Positions 62,100-64,000 of a DNA stretch of 64,000 bases are shown piece by piece. The first letter of the stretch is position 1. Each line of letters begins with the position of its first letter. Location of the stretch: contig OZ287754.1 of assembly GCA_965649765.1 (NCBI GenBank), positions 24,800,001 to 24,864,000 of the forward strand. The letters are read 5' to 3'. The DNA is from Bispira polyomma. Taxonomy: Eukaryota. Under the pieces are notes generated by a model that was not told the origin of the DNA, ran no database searches, and worked only from the letters and a program-made list of their open reading frames with translations. A program made the position numbers and the translations under genes.

Positions 62100-64000
62100 A
62101 CCATTATAGGACGCACCAAGAAGACACCATCGAGTGTTCCACAAAAGAATAAGACTGCCATCATCAAGAATCAACGAGAGGTGCAGGATCTGGCTATTCG
62201 GATGCGGTAGTACAAAACCTACAAGTACCCCTATCCGAGCCTAAGGCTAGTACCAATAGCAACCTGGACAGTACAATACTTGTCATTCTCCAGCATCTTG
62301 AAAAGGCCAACATAGAAATAAATAGGTGGCTAGACCGGTTAGAGGCCAGAGGGACCCATAACTCAACACCGCTTGCTTGACTGAGTATTCCTCAAAACGA
62401 TTCACTAGCAGATCTGTGTCGCCAGAATGTCCACATCTAGACAGCACATGTTCCCATTAACCTGACGGTTCAACCTGTCATGAATCAACTGACAGCAACG
62501 GTAGCTGGTCAAGACTATCAACAGGATGGCATTTTTCCATGGGTGGATGTCCTACGCAACATTTCCAAAGTCACCGAGGCCGTCAACTCATGACTAGCAG
62601 CATTTGACACTCACTATACACAGGACCTTGCTCAAGGTAAGACAACCACGAGGCAAAAGTCAGGTAGATACAATTCTACAGATGTGTGCTTAGCAGAACC
62701 CCAGTTTAGATGGCCTAATGAGGGTTAGATCGGGGGTACAGCCTGTAAGAAAACCTAATTTGACGAGCTCTCTTTATCACAGTGGGCAGCTGGCCATTAA
62801 TATAATCCATGTTAAACCAGATGGTCTACGCTTTCAGAGACTTGCACGCTTTGTCCTGGCCACAGGTTCAAGCTGCATGGGCCCATAATATGCAGGAGAT
62901 AGAGAAAGGAAGACTCGACTGGTCCAATGCTACACAACTGAATCACCTTAGCTTATCACAACTGGCCCTGGTATAAGGCCATTTCACGCACACCTCTGCG
63001 AATCAACAGAAGGCCGAGGTTATTTGTAAATATTTCAACAGTGGGTCGTGTAGTCACGACAGTGATCATAGTCAATACAAGCATCATTGCTTATATTGTT
63101 TTAAGGTATTAAACAAGGAAAACAGTCACCCTGAGTTTAAATTCTGAAAGCCAACACTTCAAACACTAAGTCTGGCATCTAGTATGGTGGTCGGCGACCT
63201 TGTACAGCTTTTGACAATGATAAATTTAGTAGAGTTAACAGAGACGTAAATGTAAAAGTATGTAAATTTATTGAAAATAGAAGTAGCATATTTATTGCAG
63301 TTAACTTAGACAATAGTACAGAGACAAACAATAGTCAAGGAAGTATTGAATCAAATGTGATTGCTAATGTTGACTCACCTGTTATGGGAGTTGACATGGA
63401 GCATGCTAGCATAATTGCAGAGCAGGATAAGCACAAAAGTCATAACGTATACAAAAATGGGGGTCATTATGATTCTTACTAATCAGATTTGTATTACAAA
63501 AATGTCAAAAATGCACCCATGTATTTTTGTACATGGAACTTGGCCTGCAAAATGTTTCAATATGTTAACTGCTGGGGTAACCAAGCGGTAGTTTAATAAT
63601 ATGTGGCAGATTACATGGAAATTTCAGGTTTTTACTGTGAGAGTTACAACTCTTTTTCCAAGAACTCCACTTATACTCCACTAGGGGAAATCCCCACTTT
63701 TCCCTACGGGGTTTCTTATACACTTGATACTAAAGTCAATATTGACTACAACTCGGTAAGAATTGAATGTTTTAACAAAAGTAAAACTATGTATGCAAAA
63801 TTGACCCAAGATAATCACAGCGGGGACCTGGAATGCCATAACTTATTTGGTCTTGATTATACAACATACATGCAGCATGTTATTGACTGCATTATTGAAT
63901 GATATTATTTCAGTATTAAGAAATTAAAAATACCTGTGAAGGCAAGCAAATTTGGAAGTGTAAGTGTCTTCGAACGTGTATCTGTCAACATAAATGAGTC
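62100..64000 (+). mobile_element. Decayed tyrosine-recombinase retrotransposon 3 (gag and start of pol), running off the window
   Basis: GRTKKTPSS, QDLAQGK..RQKSGRYNST, FRWPNEG, CKYFNSGSC..HC.YC..HPEF with stops. TAG at ~63180 is followed by ~100 open codons. Confidence 0.88.

Overview
AT-rich animal (probably invertebrate) genomic DNA made almost entirely of nested transposable elements around one host gene. 1-10.4 kb: right-hand part of a decayed Polinton/Maverick (pPolB, packaging ATPase, integrase-chromodomain, minor capsid, internally deleted major capsid, adenain protease, captured two-BIR IAP) ending in ACTACTACT at 10396. 13.8-23.1 kb (minus): multi-exon host gene for a Cys-repeat protein with a probable GPI signal, built from duplicated 105-nt exons, with SINEs and MITEs in the introns. 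26-35 kb: Harbinger MITEs and a decayed PIF/Harbinger element interrupted by a truncated L1-clade LINE. 27.5-64 kb: four related tyrosine-recombinase (Ngaro/PAT-like DIRS-order) retrotransposons, one split by a 6.2-kb L1/Tx1-like LINE, plus L2/CR1 LINEs. Most notable: (1) the LINE ORF1 ends in an intact-looking NADAR domain, and the unrelated Polinton pPolB ends in a divergent NADAR-like domain, which hints at transposon counter-defence against guanine ADP-ribosylation; (2) the YR retrotransposons appear to express RT-RNase H through a conserved in-frame UAG and the ATG-less recombinase through a conserved phase-1 splice from mid-gag. All calls come from motifs read by eye; no searches were run.
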